DNA of 62,578 nt from a candidate division TA06 bacterium ADurb.Bin131. Lineage in GTDB: Bacteria > Ratteibacteria > UBA8468 > B48-G9 > DTJG01. Made by a program: the position numbers and the translations under genes. Below are positions 27,825 to 38,632 of this stretch, piece by piece; the stretch's first letter is position 1, and every line of letters starts with the position of its first letter. The notes beneath the pieces were generated by a model that was not told the origin of the DNA, ran no database searches, and worked only from the letters and a program-made list of their open reading frames with translations. The DNA is taken from the NCBI GenBank assembly GCA_002070645.1, contig MWDQ01000026.1:1-62578 (forward strand), read 5' to 3'.

Positions 27825-29003
27825 ATGGCAAAAAAACATGTGAATGTAGCGCTTATCGGTTATAAATTTATGGGTAAAGCGCATTCCCATGCCTATAAGG
27901 ATGTGTCTTTATTTTCTGATACAGAATCAATCCCAGTAATGAAAATTATATGTGGAAGACATGATATTCCCCTTGCGATCGCCCAGGAAAAATTTGGATG
28001 GCAGGAAAGAACAACCGACTGGAAAAAAATTATAAAAAGGGATGATATCGACCTTATAGATATAACAACTCCTCCCAATGAACACAAGAATATCGCAATA
28101 GAGGCCGCAAGAGCAGGAAAATTTGTTTTCTGTGAAAAACCCCTTGCAACAACATTAAAAGAAGCATATCAGATGCTTGAAGAGGTTGAAAAAAATAATG
28201 TAAAACATGCAATCTGTTTTAACTACAGAAAATTGCCAGCAGTTGGCCTTGCAAAAAAATTGATTGACGAAGGAAAAATCGGGAAGATTTATCATATGCG
28301 TGCTGTATACCTTCAGGACTGGATATTGGACCCAGAATCTCCATTGGTATGGCGACTTCAGAAAAAAATAGCAGGATCAGGAGCACACGGTGATCTGAAT
28401 GCACATCTTATTGATATGACAAGATATCTTGTTGGAGAATTCGAAGAAGTTATTGGAATGAGCAAAACATTTATAAAAGAAAGACCTCTACTGGTTGAAA
28501 AAAATGATCTGAACACAGGCCTTGTTGTAACAGAAAAATCAAACAAGGTAGGTAAGGTAGATGTAGACGACGCAACAGCATTTCTCGCAAGGTTTGCCAA
28601 TGGAGCAATTGGATCATTTGAAGCCACAAGATTTGCCGCAGGAAGAAAAAACCATCAGAGGTGGGAAATAAACGGAAGCAAGGGTAGCATTGTATTTAAT
28701 CTTGAACGACTGAATGAACTTGAATATTATTCGGTTGATGATCCATCATGCGCCCAGGGATTCCGCACTATCATTGCAACAGACGCTTCTCACCCTTATG
28801 CTGAAAACTGGTGGCCTGCAGGTCATATTATAGGATATGGGGATTCCTTTGTTAATATGGTGGCTGATATTATGAATACATTCGGGACAAAAAAAATCCC
28901 CACACCAAACTTTGTGGATGGTGTTAAATGTCAGGAAATTCTGGATGCTGTTTGTGAATCAGTTAAAAAGGGTAAATGGGTAAAAATCAATTCAAGGGTT
29001 TAA
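27825..29003 (+). CDS. Gfo/Idh/MocA-family NAD(P)-dependent oxidoreductase
   Basis: A Rossmann N-terminus (VALIGYKFMGKAH) and the EKP motif (FCEKPLA) are present. The RBS AAGGAGGA precedes ATG 27825. The ORF-track extension overlaps recA. Confidence 0.85.
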   Translation: MAKKHVNVALIGYKFMGKAHSHAYKDVSLFSDTESIPVMKIICGRHDIPLAIAQEKFGWQERTTDWKKIIKRDDIDLIDITTPPNEHKNIAIEAARAGKFVFCEKPLATTLKEAYQMLEEVEKNNVKHAICFNYRKLPAVGLAKKLIDEGKIGKIYHMRAVYLQDWILDPESPLVWRLQKKIAGSGAHGDLNAHLIDMTRYLVGEFEEVIGMSKTFIKERPLLVEKNDLNTGLVVTEKSNKVGKVDVDDATAFLARFANGAIGSFEATRFAAGRKNHQRWEINGSKGSIVFNLERLNELEYYSVDDPSCAQGFRTIIATDASHPYAENWWPAGHIIGYGDSFVNMVADIMNTFGTKKIPTPNFVDGVKCQEILDAVCESVKKGKWVKINSRV

Positions 29004-29061
29004 CTAAACCTTCCGGAAATTTCCTGCATCTAAACAAAAGAATAAAATTATAGGAGGCAAT

Positions 29062-30552
29062 ATGGAAATGAAAAAAATAATTACAGCCGGAGTCGTAGCA
29101 GGCGTTCTCGGAGGGTGCCTTGCTTTCGGAACAATATACGCAGTAGTAAATCAACACTATTCTGCAAGTTCAGCAGTTAAACCTCTTCAAATTGTTGACT
29201 CATCTGGTGCATATTCGATTCAAAATGCCTTTGTACAGGTTATAAAAATGGTTAAACCTGCTGTTGTTATGATTACCACAGAAAAAACCATTACGTATAA
29301 ATACTGGAACCCTTTTGGTGATGACTTTTTTAGTGATTTCTTTGATAACTTTGGTATCCCAACCCCAAAACGACAGGAGCCAAAAACATACAAGAAAAAA
29401 CAAGAGGGTCTTGGTTCTGGATTTATTGTTGATGAAGATGGATATATCCTCACAAATAACCATGTTATTCAGGGCGTGGATAAGGTACTCGTAAAATTAC
29501 CAAATGACGATCGAAAATATGAGGCAAAAGTTGTTGGAACTGATCCCCGTACAGATCTTGCATTAATAAAAATAAATGCAGGAAGAAAACTTCCAGTACT
29601 CGCGCTTGGAGATTCTGATACAATTGAGGTCGGAGAATGGGCAATAGCAATAGGAAATCCCATGGGACTTGAAGAAACCGTAACTGTAGGAGTTGTAAGT
29701 GCAAAAGGAAGGAGTGTGCTCGGAACAAGTCCCTATGAAGATTTTATTCAAACAGACGCAGCTATAAACCCAGGAAATTCTGGAGGTCCACTTGTAAATA
29801 TAAAGGGCGAGGTTATTGGAATAAACACTGCGATTATTGCGCCTTACGTAGCCCAGAACATTGGATTTGCAATTCCAATAAATATTGCGAAGAAGGTATT
29901 TAGAGAATTAAAATCAACTGGAAAGGTTACAAGAGGATTTCTTGGTGTTTATCTTCAACCAATTACAGAAGAACTTGCAGCATCGTTCGGTCTTAAGAGT
30001 ACAAAGGGCGCTATTGTATCAGATGTTATGTCTAACTCTCCTGCAGAACAAGCAGGACTTAAACCAGGAGACATAATTCTTGAGTTCAATGGAACTCCTA
30101 TTTCTGATGTAAGGGATTTACAAAATAAGGTTGCAGATGCAAAGATAGGCGAAACAGTAAATCTCGGAGTATGGCGAGAAAAAAAGAAAATCAATATACC
30201 AATAAAAATTGCTGAAAGACCAGAGGAAGAAACTATTGCAAAGACAGAATCTGAATCAATTGAAAAGCCGTGGAGAGGACTAACTGTATCAGATATTACA
30301 AATGAATTAAGAAAAAGATTTGGCATTGGATCAAATATCCAGGGAGTAATTGTCTTGAACGTAGAGCCAGGTTCTGCCGCAGATGAATGCGAAATAACGT
30401 CGGGAACCATAATAAGAAGAATTAATGACTATAATATCTCGAGCATCAAGGATTTTAAAGCCGCTGTAGACAAAATTGATAAAAAGGCATCCGCAACACT
30501 GTGGGTTCTCCAGGAAGGGAACAATCGTTTCTGTGTGCTCAAAGGTGAATAA
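29062..30552 (+). CDS. htrA: HtrA/DegP-family periplasmic serine protease with two PDZ domains
   Basis: A signal/TM anchor, the catalytic motifs TNNHV, D(L)ALIK and GNSGGPL, and two PDZ-like segments are present. RBS AGGAGG. Confidence 0.9.
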   Translation: MEMKKIITAGVVAGVLGGCLAFGTIYAVVNQHYSASSAVKPLQIVDSSGAYSIQNAFVQVIKMVKPAVVMITTEKTITYKYWNPFGDDFFSDFFDNFGIPTPKRQEPKTYKKKQEGLGSGFIVDEDGYILTNNHVIQGVDKVLVKLPNDDRKYEAKVVGTDPRTDLALIKINAGRKLPVLALGDSDTIEVGEWAIAIGNPMGLEETVTVGVVSAKGRSVLGTSPYEDFIQTDAAINPGNSGGPLVNIKGEVIGINTAIIAPYVAQNIGFAIPINIAKKVFRELKSTGKVTRGFLGVYLQPITEELAASFGLKSTKGAIVSDVMSNSPAEQAGLKPGDIILEFNGTPISDVRDLQNKVADAKIGETVNLGVWREKKKINIPIKIAERPEEETIAKTESESIEKPWRGLTVSDITNELRKRFGIGSNIQGVIVLNVEPGSAADECEITSGTIIRRINDYNISSIKDFKAAVDKIDKKASATLWVLQEGNNRFCVLKGE

Positions 30553-30979
30553 ATCCACCAGTATCCTGAAGGATGCTTTGCGGATATTAAGCATATCTGA
30601 AGTTTCTGAGTCAAAGCTAAAATCATCGCTCCAGAAAAAAGGATATAAACAAGAGGATATTCTTGATGTGCTTGATTACCTGAGAGAAAAAAGGTTTATT
30701 GATGATATCCGTTTTTGCACTATACTGATAAAAAAGCACATAAACAAAGAAAAAGGAATTAATTATATACGTCAACTTCTTTCCCTGCATGGTATACCAG
30801 AAAATACAATAACAGGTATACTTGCCAAAACATACCCCCAGAGTTTAGAATATAAGGTGGCAAAAAACTTCCTGAAATCACTAAAATTGCCATTTCCAAA
30901 GGCAATACTAAAACTAAAAACCAGAGGGTTCAGTGAAGAAACCATAGAAAAACTAACAGAGGAATTTTCAAGTGAATAG
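30545..30979 (+). CDS. recX: RecX-like regulatory protein
   Basis: Three-helix repeat pattern (LRILSISEVSESKLKSSLQKKGY..., VLDYLREKRFIDD, ...) in a product of ~145 aa, immediately upstream of alaS as in many bacteria. The start is uncertain: GTG 30545 overlaps the htrA stop, and the ORF track begins at 30476. Confidence 0.7.
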   Translation: MNKSTSILKDALRILSISEVSESKLKSSLQKKGYKQEDILDVLDYLREKRFIDDIRFCTILIKKHINKEKGINYIRQLLSLHGIPENTITGILAKTYPQSLEYKVAKNFLKSLKLPFPKAILKLKTRGFSEETIEKLTEEFSSE

Positions 30980-33581
30980 CAGGGAAATTCGCGAAAAATA
31001 TCTGAGATTTTTTGAAGGAAAAGGTCATACTATTATTCCAAGCAGCAGTCTTATACCTTTCGATGACCCAACTCTTCTTTTTACAAGTGCTGGAATGGTC
31101 CAATTCAAAAAATTCTGGATTACAGAAGGCCAGATTCCATATACGAGGGCAGTATCTTGCCAAAAATGCCTCCGGGCAGGAGGTAAAGATAGTGATCTCG
31201 AAAATATCGGAAAAACAGGAAGGCATCATACATTCTTTGAAATGCTCGGAAACTTCTCATTTGGTGATTACTTTAAAAAAGAAGCAATAGAAATGGCGTG
31301 GGAATTTGTGATTGAACAAATGAAGATAGAAAAACAAAGGATATGGGCATCTTACTACTGCGAAGATATAGAAACATTACATATATGGAAAAAATTTTTA
31401 CCAGAAGATAAAATTGTTCCTCTGGGCAAAAAAGACAATTTCTGGGGACCTGCAGGAGAAACAGGACCATGCGGACCATGTAGCGAAATCTATATCGATT
31501 TTGGGAAAAATGACTCCTGTAAAAATCCTGATTGTAAACCTGGCTGTGACTGTGATCGTTTTCTCGAATTCTGGAATCTTGTATTTCCACAATACAACCA
31601 ACAACTAAACGGACAAATACTACCATTAAAAAAAAGAGGTGTCGATACAGGAATGGGTCTAGAGAGAATTGCTCGTATTATGCAAAACACCCGTTCAAAT
31701 TATGAAACAGATCTTTTTTTACCATTACTGCAAAAACTTGAAGAAATTTCAAAGGTAAAATACTCCCAGGAAATAAGCAAATTCAGGATTATTGTTGACC
31801 ATATTCGCGCAGCCGCCTTTATCTTAAGCGATGGTGTCTACCCTAACAACGAGGGAAGGGGATACGTATTGCGAAGAATAATAAGAAGGGCATCATTCCA
31901 GGGAAATGCAATTGGATTGAAAAGACCATTCTTATCTGAATTAATTGATCCTCTTATTGCCATATTTGAGGGTGTTTATGAAAACCTGAAAATAAACGCA
32001 GAAGAGATTAAAATAACTATTTCAGAGGAAGAAAAAAAATTTCTCGAACTACTATCCTCTGCGAGAAGAATATTTGACACTGATATTGAAAAAATTAAAG
32101 ACCAAAAAATATCAGGAGATATGATTTTCAGATGGTATGACACCTATGGCATCCCAAGGGACCTTATTGCAGAACTTACAGAAGAAAAGCATCTCACACC
32201 TGACTGGCAGGCCTTCGAAGAAATTCTTAAACATCAGCAGGAAAAAACAAGGCAAAAGTCAGTTTTTGAACAAAAAAGAAATATTATCTTTGAATCAGAT
32301 ACTGTTAATGAAACAATATTTACTGGTTACGTTAACATTGAAAATAACTGTATAGTTAAGTGTTTATATTTTCTACCAGAAAAAGAACTCTGGGAATTAA
32401 TAGTCGATAGAACACCATTCTATCCAGAAAAAGGCGGGCAGGTAGGAGATAAGGGTATCATAAAAACAGACAAGTGGAGTTTTTCAGTAATCGACTGTCA
32501 GATTGATCCAAAAGGAGTTATATACCATATTGGTAGATTTGCATCTGGAACATTTCAGGATGTAAAAATTGGGCAACCTGCTGTGGCTTCTGTCTCGCGC
32601 CATCACAGAATGGACGTTTCTGCGAATCATACTGCCACACATTTGCTTCATTATTGCTTAAGAAAAATATCGAATAACCAGGCAAAACAAGCAGGTTCAT
32701 ATGTTGATCCAGAAAAATTTAGATTTGATTTTATCTTTCCTTTGCAGATTAACAATAATCTTCTACAGGATATAGAGACAAATATCAACAAACTGATATT
32801 TGAAAATTACCCTGTATTCATCAATGAAATGGATTATAATGAAGCAATAAAAAAAGGATCCATAGCATTATTCACAGAAAAGTATGGAGAAAAAGTAAGA
32901 GTAATTGATATAGGAAATTTTCATGCAGAACTTTGCGGGGGAACACATGTCTCAAATACATCCGAAATAGGAATATTTAAAATTGTATCGTTTTCTTCTG
33001 TCGGTGAAAATCTCAAAAGGATTGAAGCAGTTACACGAAAACATGCATACGATTGGTTTAATAAAAGAATACATATTATAGATCAGGCCTCTTCCATCCT
33101 AAAAACAACACCTGAAAATCTCGTTGGATCCATAAACAAAATTAAAAAACAGATTCAGGATCTTGAGAAAAAACTCTCTGTGCTAACTGAAAAAGCAGCA
33201 ATGGATATTCCATCTACTCTTGAAAGAAATAGAAAAAATATGGTGATAAAAAACACAGATGTATCCATCATTGCAGGTCGGGTGGATGGACTAACAACAG
33301 ATCAACTCGGGAAAATTGCAGATGGTATTTCCTCAAACAAAAAAGGATGTATTGTTTTCCTCGCAGGAGAAATTGAAAATAAAGTCGCTATAGTATGCAA
33401 GGTCAGTGCTGACATTGCAGATATTGCTCCTGCATCTTCAATCATAAAATATGTATCAAAAATACTGGGCGGAAAGGGAGGAGGAAAATCTCACTTTGCC
33501 CAAGGATTAGGAAAGGATACAGACAAAATCGATGATATAATATCAAAAATCACAGAATTAATACCCGAGGCAATGAGGTGA
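30972..33581 (+). CDS. alaS: Alanyl-tRNA synthetase
   Basis: FFEGKGH, FTSAGM and RHHTFFEMLGNFSFGDYFK are present, plus the editing-domain HxxxH (HTATHLLH) and a C-terminal DHHA1-like GGKGGG. GTG start. Confidence 0.95.
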   Translation: MNSREIREKYLRFFEGKGHTIIPSSSLIPFDDPTLLFTSAGMVQFKKFWITEGQIPYTRAVSCQKCLRAGGKDSDLENIGKTGRHHTFFEMLGNFSFGDYFKKEAIEMAWEFVIEQMKIEKQRIWASYYCEDIETLHIWKKFLPEDKIVPLGKKDNFWGPAGETGPCGPCSEIYIDFGKNDSCKNPDCKPGCDCDRFLEFWNLVFPQYNQQLNGQILPLKKRGVDTGMGLERIARIMQNTRSNYETDLFLPLLQKLEEISKVKYSQEISKFRIIVDHIRAAAFILSDGVYPNNEGRGYVLRRIIRRASFQGNAIGLKRPFLSELIDPLIAIFEGVYENLKINAEEIKITISEEEKKFLELLSSARRIFDTDIEKIKDQKISGDMIFRWYDTYGIPRDLIAELTEEKHLTPDWQAFEEILKHQQEKTRQKSVFEQKRNIIFESDTVNETIFTGYVNIENNCIVKCLYFLPEKELWELIVDRTPFYPEKGGQVGDKGIIKTDKWSFSVIDCQIDPKGVIYHIGRFASGTFQDVKIGQPAVASVSRHHRMDVSANHTATHLLHYCLRKISNNQAKQAGSYVDPEKFRFDFIFPLQINNNLLQDIETNINKLIFENYPVFINEMDYNEAIKKGSIALFTEKYGEKVRVIDIGNFHAELCGGTHVSNTSEIGIFKIVSFSSVGENLKRIEAVTRKHAYDWFNKRIHIIDQASSILKTTPENLVGSINKIKKQIQDLEKKLSVLTEKAAMDIPSTLERNRKNMVIKNTDVSIIAGRVDGLTTDQLGKIADGISSNKKGCIVFLAGEIENKVAIVCKVSADIADIAPASSIIKYVSKILGGKGGGKSHFAQGLGKDTDKIDDIISKITELIPEAMR

Positions 33582-34411
33582 AATCCAGAGTGAAAAGAAA
33601 AAATGATTCAACAAAATCAAAGATCCACGATAGAAAACTGGAAATGGAGTTATTAAAACAGGCAAAAAATGGCAGTAAAGAAGCCAGGGATAAACTTGTT
33701 GAAATAAATCAGGGCCTTGTGTTTTCAATTGCAAAAAAATATGCATTTTTACAGAACAACCTTGCAGATTTGGTTGCCGAAGGAAATATGGGCCTTTTAA
33801 AAGCAATTGAAAAATATGATCTGAAAAAGCGTGCAAAATTTGGGACGTATGCATATTTCTGGGTTAAAAAATACATAATGAAGGCAGTAATGGACCAGTC
33901 GATAACAGCGCCAGAAAATGTTCAAAAATTGAAAACAAAATATAAAAATGCACTTGAAAAATTCAGGACAGAAAAAAATAGGTATCCAAAGGATTCAGAA
34001 ATAGCATCTATCTTAAAAGTAAATCCTAAAACCTTTTCAAGATATAGAAATTATTTCGAATCAATAAAGATTCCAGAACTTATTCGTGGTGATGCTGATC
34101 AATATATAGATATGTTTGAGGTTAAGAACAATGAAGAAGACGAGATAAGGTGGACTAAACTGTTAAGAGATGAAGATTTATTGAATACACTTTTTGAAAG
34201 AATAAAAAAAAAGCATAAAAAAATCCTGATTGAAAAACGAATACAGGCATTGAAACTTCGTTATGGGATTGAAGATGGAACCACCTATTCCTGTAATGAA
34301 ATCGCCAAGAAAATGCAAATAAGCAGACAAAGGGTCCATCAAATGATTAAAACGTGTATCAAATATTTACACCAGGAAATAAAGGAGATGAAAAATGAAG
34401 GAATTATATGA
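33578..34411 (+). CDS. Sigma-70 family RNA polymerase sigma factor (subgroup not assignable)
   Basis: Region 2 (LVEINQGLVFSIAKKY, GNMGLLKAIEKYD, FGTYAYFWVKKYI) and a region 4 HTH (IAKKMQISRQRVHQM) are present. The GTG start overlaps the alaS stop. Confidence 0.8.
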   Translation: MKSRVKRKNDSTKSKIHDRKLEMELLKQAKNGSKEARDKLVEINQGLVFSIAKKYAFLQNNLADLVAEGNMGLLKAIEKYDLKKRAKFGTYAYFWVKKYIMKAVMDQSITAPENVQKLKTKYKNALEKFRTEKNRYPKDSEIASILKVNPKTFSRYRNYFESIKIPELIRGDADQYIDMFEVKNNEEDEIRWTKLLRDEDLLNTLFERIKKKHKKILIEKRIQALKLRYGIEDGTTYSCNEIAKKMQISRQRVHQMIKTCIKYLHQEIKEMKNEGII

Positions 34412-34907
34412 TGCGATAAGAACTATTCCTGATTTTCCAAAAAAGGGAGTATTATTTCGTGATATAACACCTCTTATAAGGGACGGACATCTGTTTACAA
34501 AGACCATTGAACTTTTCTCAGAAAATATTCCTGAAGAAACAACTAAAATCGTAGCAATAGAATCACGCGGATTCATATTTGGAGGCGCTGTTGCCTGTAA
34601 AACAAACATGGGATTTGTACCAATAAGAAAATTTGGTAAACTCCCTTGTAAGACAATTAAATACACATATTCACTTGAATATGGCCAGGATATAATTGAA
34701 ATTCCGGCTGATTCATTTGAAAATGGTGAAAAGGTAGTACTTATTGATGATGTGCTTGCAACTGGAGGCACAGCAAACGCCGCTTGTTCAATAATTGAAT
34801 CAGCAGGAGCAAAAATAAGCAGGATATTATTTCTTGTTGAACTGAAAGATATGAAAGGAAGAGAGAAGTTAACAAAATATAACATATACAATATTCTTAC
34901 TCTATGA
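34395..34907 (+). CDS. apt: Adenine phosphoribosyltransferase
   Basis: IPDFPKKGVLFRDITPL and the PRPP motif VVLIDDVLATGGT are present. Confidence 0.93.
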   Translation: MKELYDAIRTIPDFPKKGVLFRDITPLIRDGHLFTKTIELFSENIPEETTKIVAIESRGFIFGGAVACKTNMGFVPIRKFGKLPCKTIKYTYSLEYGQDIIEIPADSFENGEKVVLIDDVLATGGTANAACSIIESAGAKISRILFLVELKDMKGREKLTKYNIYNILTL

Positions 34908-35404
34908 AAAAAATCTTACCGAAGATTATCTTATCGGGTTTTTTTTATGTGGTTTTTCTTATGCCGCTACATTGTGAAGATAGGATTCCATTTTCTAAAT
35001 GGCCACAAGCAGAACCTAAACTGTCAGGTAATATTACTGTGTTAATCGCAACAAATATCGAACTCGCATGTCAAGGGTTTTGTGGTGCATCCACAGATGA
35101 TTTTAACAAAAATATTATCTGGTTCCCGAATATCTACGAAGGCACTGAATTTGTCAATACCAATCCTGGTTACGGAACGGTTAACAGAGACATCAATATT
35201 GTTTTCTTCGATAAAAACTGGAATGTAATCAACATAAAAAGTATGAAAAAAAATGTAGGTACCGCAACTGCACCAAAAAAGACATACTCTGCCATTGAGG
35301 GTATTCCTCAAAATATTAGCAAACTTAATTTCAGGGTAGGGCACCCATCTCCATTTAGGATTCAGGAAAAAGAAGGGAAATATTTCTTGATTTTGAACAA
35401 TTAA
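34904..35404 (+). CDS. Hypothetical secreted protein (possibly DUF192-like)
   Basis: An N-terminal signal-like hydrophobic segment is present. There is weak resemblance to DUF192 (INIVFFDKNWNVINI, YSAIEGIP...FRVG). The start overlaps the apt stop. Confidence 0.6.
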   Translation: MKKILPKIILSGFFYVVFLMPLHCEDRIPFSKWPQAEPKLSGNITVLIATNIELACQGFCGASTDDFNKNIIWFPNIYEGTEFVNTNPGYGTVNRDINIVFFDKNWNVINIKSMKKNVGTATAPKKTYSAIEGIPQNISKLNFRVGHPSPFRIQEKEGKYFLILNN

Positions 35405-35471
35405 AAAGGATATATACCACAGGTTGACTTTCTCTGGTCATCAGAACAAAAAATAAAATATCCCGGTTAAA

Positions 35472-36494
35472 TCATATAATACTCATTTCAATCATCTTTT
35501 CCGCAATCTGAACTGCATTCTGGGCAGCACCTTTCTTAATATTATCCCCAACAACCCACATATCAATTGCGTTTTCAAATGCTGTATTTTTCCTTATTCT
35601 ACCAACGTAAACATCATCCTTCCCAGAGACATCTATAGGAACTGGATATAATGCTTTTTCAGGGTCATCAATTACTTTTACACCACGAGTAGAGGAAAGA
35701 ATCTCCCTGCATGTATTTATATCTGGATCTGATTCAAAACAAACGGTAATTGATTCAGAATGACCATTAATCACAGGAACTCTTACGCACGTTGCAGAAA
35801 CTTTAATATCCTGACAATCAAGAATTTTTCTTGTTTCAAGAATCATCTTTACCTCTTCAGAATAATACCCTGAAAACTCATCAGAAAGATTTCCAATGTG
35901 CGGAATTACATTGAACAAAATTCTGTAGGGATAAACGCTACTTGTAATTTCCTGTTTGTTCACATACTGATGCACCTGTGTCTCAATCTCTTCAATCGCT
36001 TTGCTTCCGGTTCCAGAAACTGCCTGATATGTCGATACAATTATTTTTTTTATCTTATATTTTTCATGAAGAGGCGCCACAGCCATCAACATTATTATTG
36101 TTGAACAATTAGGATTTGCAATAAAACCTTTATGCGTCTTGAGATGATGAGGATTGATTTCAGGTATAACAAGTGGAACATCTGGATGCATCCTGAAATC
36201 GCCACCATTATCAATCACTATGGCTCCCTTTTCAACTGCCTTCCAACCAAAAATCCGGCTTGCTCCTTTTTCTCCTTCAGTACCTGCAAAAAAGACAAAA
36301 TCCATTCCATCAAAACTTGATTCATCTGTAGATTTTACAAGAAAGGGTCTTCCAGAAATAATTTCTTGCCTTTCTCTGGTCGCAAAAATTTCTATCTTCG
36401 CCAGAGGAAAATTTCTCTCAAAAAGAACATCAACCATTTTTCTTCCAACAAGACCTGCACCAATAACAGCAACATTAAATTTTTTTCTGTTCAT
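35472..36494 (-). CDS. asd: Aspartate-semialdehyde dehydrogenase
   Basis: VAVIGAGLVGRKM, the active-site motif NPNCST, and QAVSGTG are present. Confidence 0.93.
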   Translation of the reverse strand: MNRKKFNVAVIGAGLVGRKMVDVLFERNFPLAKIEIFATRERQEIISGRPFLVKSTDESSFDGMDFVFFAGTEGEKGASRIFGWKAVEKGAIVIDNGGDFRMHPDVPLVIPEINPHHLKTHKGFIANPNCSTIIMLMAVAPLHEKYKIKKIIVSTYQAVSGTGSKAIEEIETQVHQYVNKQEITSSVYPYRILFNVIPHIGNLSDEFSGYYSEEVKMILETRKILDCQDIKVSATCVRVPVINGHSESITVCFESDPDINTCREILSSTRGVKVIDDPEKALYPVPIDVSGKDDVYVGRIRKNTAFENAIDMWVVGDNIKKGAAQNAVQIAEKMIEMSII

Positions 36495-37075
36495 ATCTTA
36501 TCGAAATTGTACGGAATTACTGTTTTCGCTATGGCGATTGCAATAACTGCTTTCATTATATCAAGAAAAATAAATGGAACTGTACCGAGCATTATGCCTT
36601 TAATAATACTCAATTTTGTTATAGTACACAACCACATTACACCAAATAGATGAATTACAAAAATCCCGGCCATCATGGAACCCGCAACCAGCCAAAAACC
36701 CTTATCTTGATGTTTTTCCACACAATATCCAACAATCCACGCTGCAAGAATAAAACCAAAAATATATCCAGTCGTTACACCTATTGATAAAAAACTTGCC
36801 CCGTGAAACCAGGGAATGACTGTTCCTCCAGCAAGATAAAAAATCTGACTTAACCCAGCGTACCTTCCAAGGAATATTCCGCTCAAAAGTACTGCAAACA
36901 CCTGTCCTGTAACAGGAACAGGTGTAAATGGCAATCTTATAACTATCTGCGCAAAAACACCTGTAAAAAAAGCAAACACAAAACAAAGAAGTACCTTTTC
37001 AATAGGTGTGGATTCCTGTCTCCATCCAAAATATGTTCGCCATCCATATTTCCATGTTTTTATAATGTATCCCAT
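36491..37075 (-). CDS. bioY: Biotin transporter BioY (ECF S-component)
   Basis: FTPVPVTGQVFAVLLSG is the BioY signature, with 5-6 TM segments. ATG 37075 with RBS AGGAA is preferred over the TTG at 37117. Confidence 0.8.
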   Translation of the reverse strand: MGYIIKTWKYGWRTYFGWRQESTPIEKVLLCFVFAFFTGVFAQIVIRLPFTPVPVTGQVFAVLLSGIFLGRYAGLSQIFYLAGGTVIPWFHGASFLSIGVTTGYIFGFILAAWIVGYCVEKHQDKGFWLVAGSMMAGIFVIHLFGVMWLCTITKLSIIKGIMLGTVPFIFLDIMKAVIAIAIAKTVIPYNFDKI

Positions 37076-37091
37076 TAAAATTTCCTGCACA

Positions 37092-38168
37092 TCAAATCTC
37101 TGAAACAAACCTTGCAATCAATTCACCAACCTCGGAAGTCCCCATACCCATCTTTCCTGCCTCTAAACTCTTTATATAACCTTCTCCGAGTGCCTTACAT
37201 ATTGATTGTTCCACACACAAAGCGGCTTCTGTCTCTCCAAGAATATCAAGCATCATTCCTCCAGCAGATATTGTAGCAATAGGACATATCACATTCTTCC
37301 CGGTGTACTTCGGTGCTGAACCATGTATTGGTTCAAACATACTAACACCTTCTGGATTAATATTCCCACCAGCAGCAACACCAAGCCCACCCTGAGTCAT
37401 AGCCGCAAGGTCTGTAATAATATCTCCAAACATATTGTTCGTTACAATAACGTCAAACCATTCAGGATTCTTAACCATCCACATACATGTTGCATCAACA
37501 AAAGCATAGTCAATCTTTATATCAGGATACTCTTTGTTAACATCCTGACATGTTCTTCGCCATAAATCACCAGAAAAAGTAAGAACATTTGCTTTATCAA
37601 CGCACATAAGCGTTTTCTTTTTATTCCTTTTCCTGGCAAGTTCAAAACCATATCTTACACATCTTTCAATACCCTTGCGAGTATTAACATCAACCTGTGT
37701 AGATATTTCATCTGCTGTTCCTTTTTTAAATGTACCCCCAATTCCACAGTATGCACCTTCAGTGTTCTCTCTAACAACAATATAATCAATATGTTCAGGA
37801 CCTTTATCCTTAATTGGTGTCCACACACCAGGATAAAGTTTTACGGGTCTTAAATTAATGTATTGATCAAGATCAAACCTGATCTTCAAAAGTATCCCCT
37901 TTTCCAGAATCCCTGGCTTTACATCAGGATGTCCAATTGCACCAAGATATATAGCATCAAGTTTTCTAAATTCATCAATCGCAGAATCAGGAAGAGTTTC
38001 ACCTGTTTTAAGATATCTTTCTCCGCCAAAATCGTAATAAACAGTGTCGAGACAAAAATCAAATTTTTCTGCCGCTGCATTTAAGACAACCATTCCTGCT
38101 TTGATTATTTCTGGACCAACACCATCACCAGGAATAACCCCTATTTTGTATATTTTTCCTTTACCCAT
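37092..38168 (-). CDS. leuB: 3-isopropylmalate dehydrogenase (tartrate-DH-like/archaeal-type branch)
   Basis: [19 protein letters not shown] and [11 protein letters not shown] are present. It is the last gene of the leuA-C-D-B operon. Confidence 0.85.
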   Translation of the reverse strand: MGKGKIYKIGVIPGDGVGPEIIKAGMVVLNAAAEKFDFCLDTVYYDFGGERYLKTGETLPDSAIDEFRKLDAIYLGAIGHPDVKPGILEKGILLKIRFDLDQYINLRPVKLYPGVWTPIKDKGPEHIDYIVVRENTEGAYCGIGGTFKKGTADEISTQVDVNTRKGIERCVRYGFELARKRNKKKTLMCVDKANVLTFSGDLWRRTCQDVNKEYPDIKIDYAFVDATCMWMVKNPEWFDVIVTNNMFGDIITDLAAMTQGGLGVAAGGNINPEGVSMFEPIHGSAPKYTGKNVICPIATISAGGMMLDILGETEAALCVEQSICKALGEGYIKSLEAGKMGMGTSEVGELIARFVSEI

Positions 38169-38632
38169 GATATTAAACCTCCGCTTTTGATAATTTGTTG
38201 AAGAAAATCTGGATATTTTATAAAATCATATCTGTGCCCATTCGTATGGTTAATAATCAGACCATTTTCTAAATCAATTTCAAGAAAATCTCCTTGCGAA
38301 AATTGTTCTGCATAAGTTATCTCAATAATAGGTAATCCTATATTTATTGCGTTTCTCAGAAAAATCCTCGCAAAACTTTTTGCTATAACGGCAGATATTC
38401 CGCAATTCTTTATTGATATTGGAGCATGTTCTCTGCTCGAACCGCAACCAAAATTCTCACCAGCAACGATAATATCGCCTTTAGATATTTTTTTTACAAA
38501 ATCCGGAACTATCGTTTCCATGCAATGAGATGCAAGTTCAGCAGGATCTGTCGTATTCAAATAACGCGCTGATATAATATCATCCGTATTGATATGATCC
38601 GCAAATTTCCATACCTTTCCTTTTATTGTCAT
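38141..38632 (-). CDS. leuD: 3-isopropylmalate dehydratase small subunit
   Basis: [11 protein letters not shown] and [13 protein letters not shown] are present. It overlaps leuC (ATGA) and leuB. Confidence 0.88.
   Translation of the reverse strand: MTIKGKVWKFADHINTDDIISARYLNTTDPAELASHCMETIVPDFVKKISKGDIIVAGENFGCGSSREHAPISIKNCGISAVIAKSFARIFLRNAINIGLPIIEITYAEQFSQGDFLEIDLENGLIINHTNGHRYDFIKYPDFLQQIIKSGGLISWVKEKYTK

Noticed and set aside
29955-30410. 151-aa ORF antisense to htrA (similar cases at 36154-36546, 15963-16382, 3890-4327, 50537-50938 and 44209-44589)
   Set aside because: All lie opposite genes with unambiguous family motifs, and all have biased S/F/I/L composition and no translation signals.
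34367-34891. 174-aa ORF antisense to apt
   Set aside because: It fully overlaps the strongly conserved apt frame. Its translation is low-complexity (S/I/F-rich) with no motif or RBS. It is a typical shadow ORF of an AT-rich genome.
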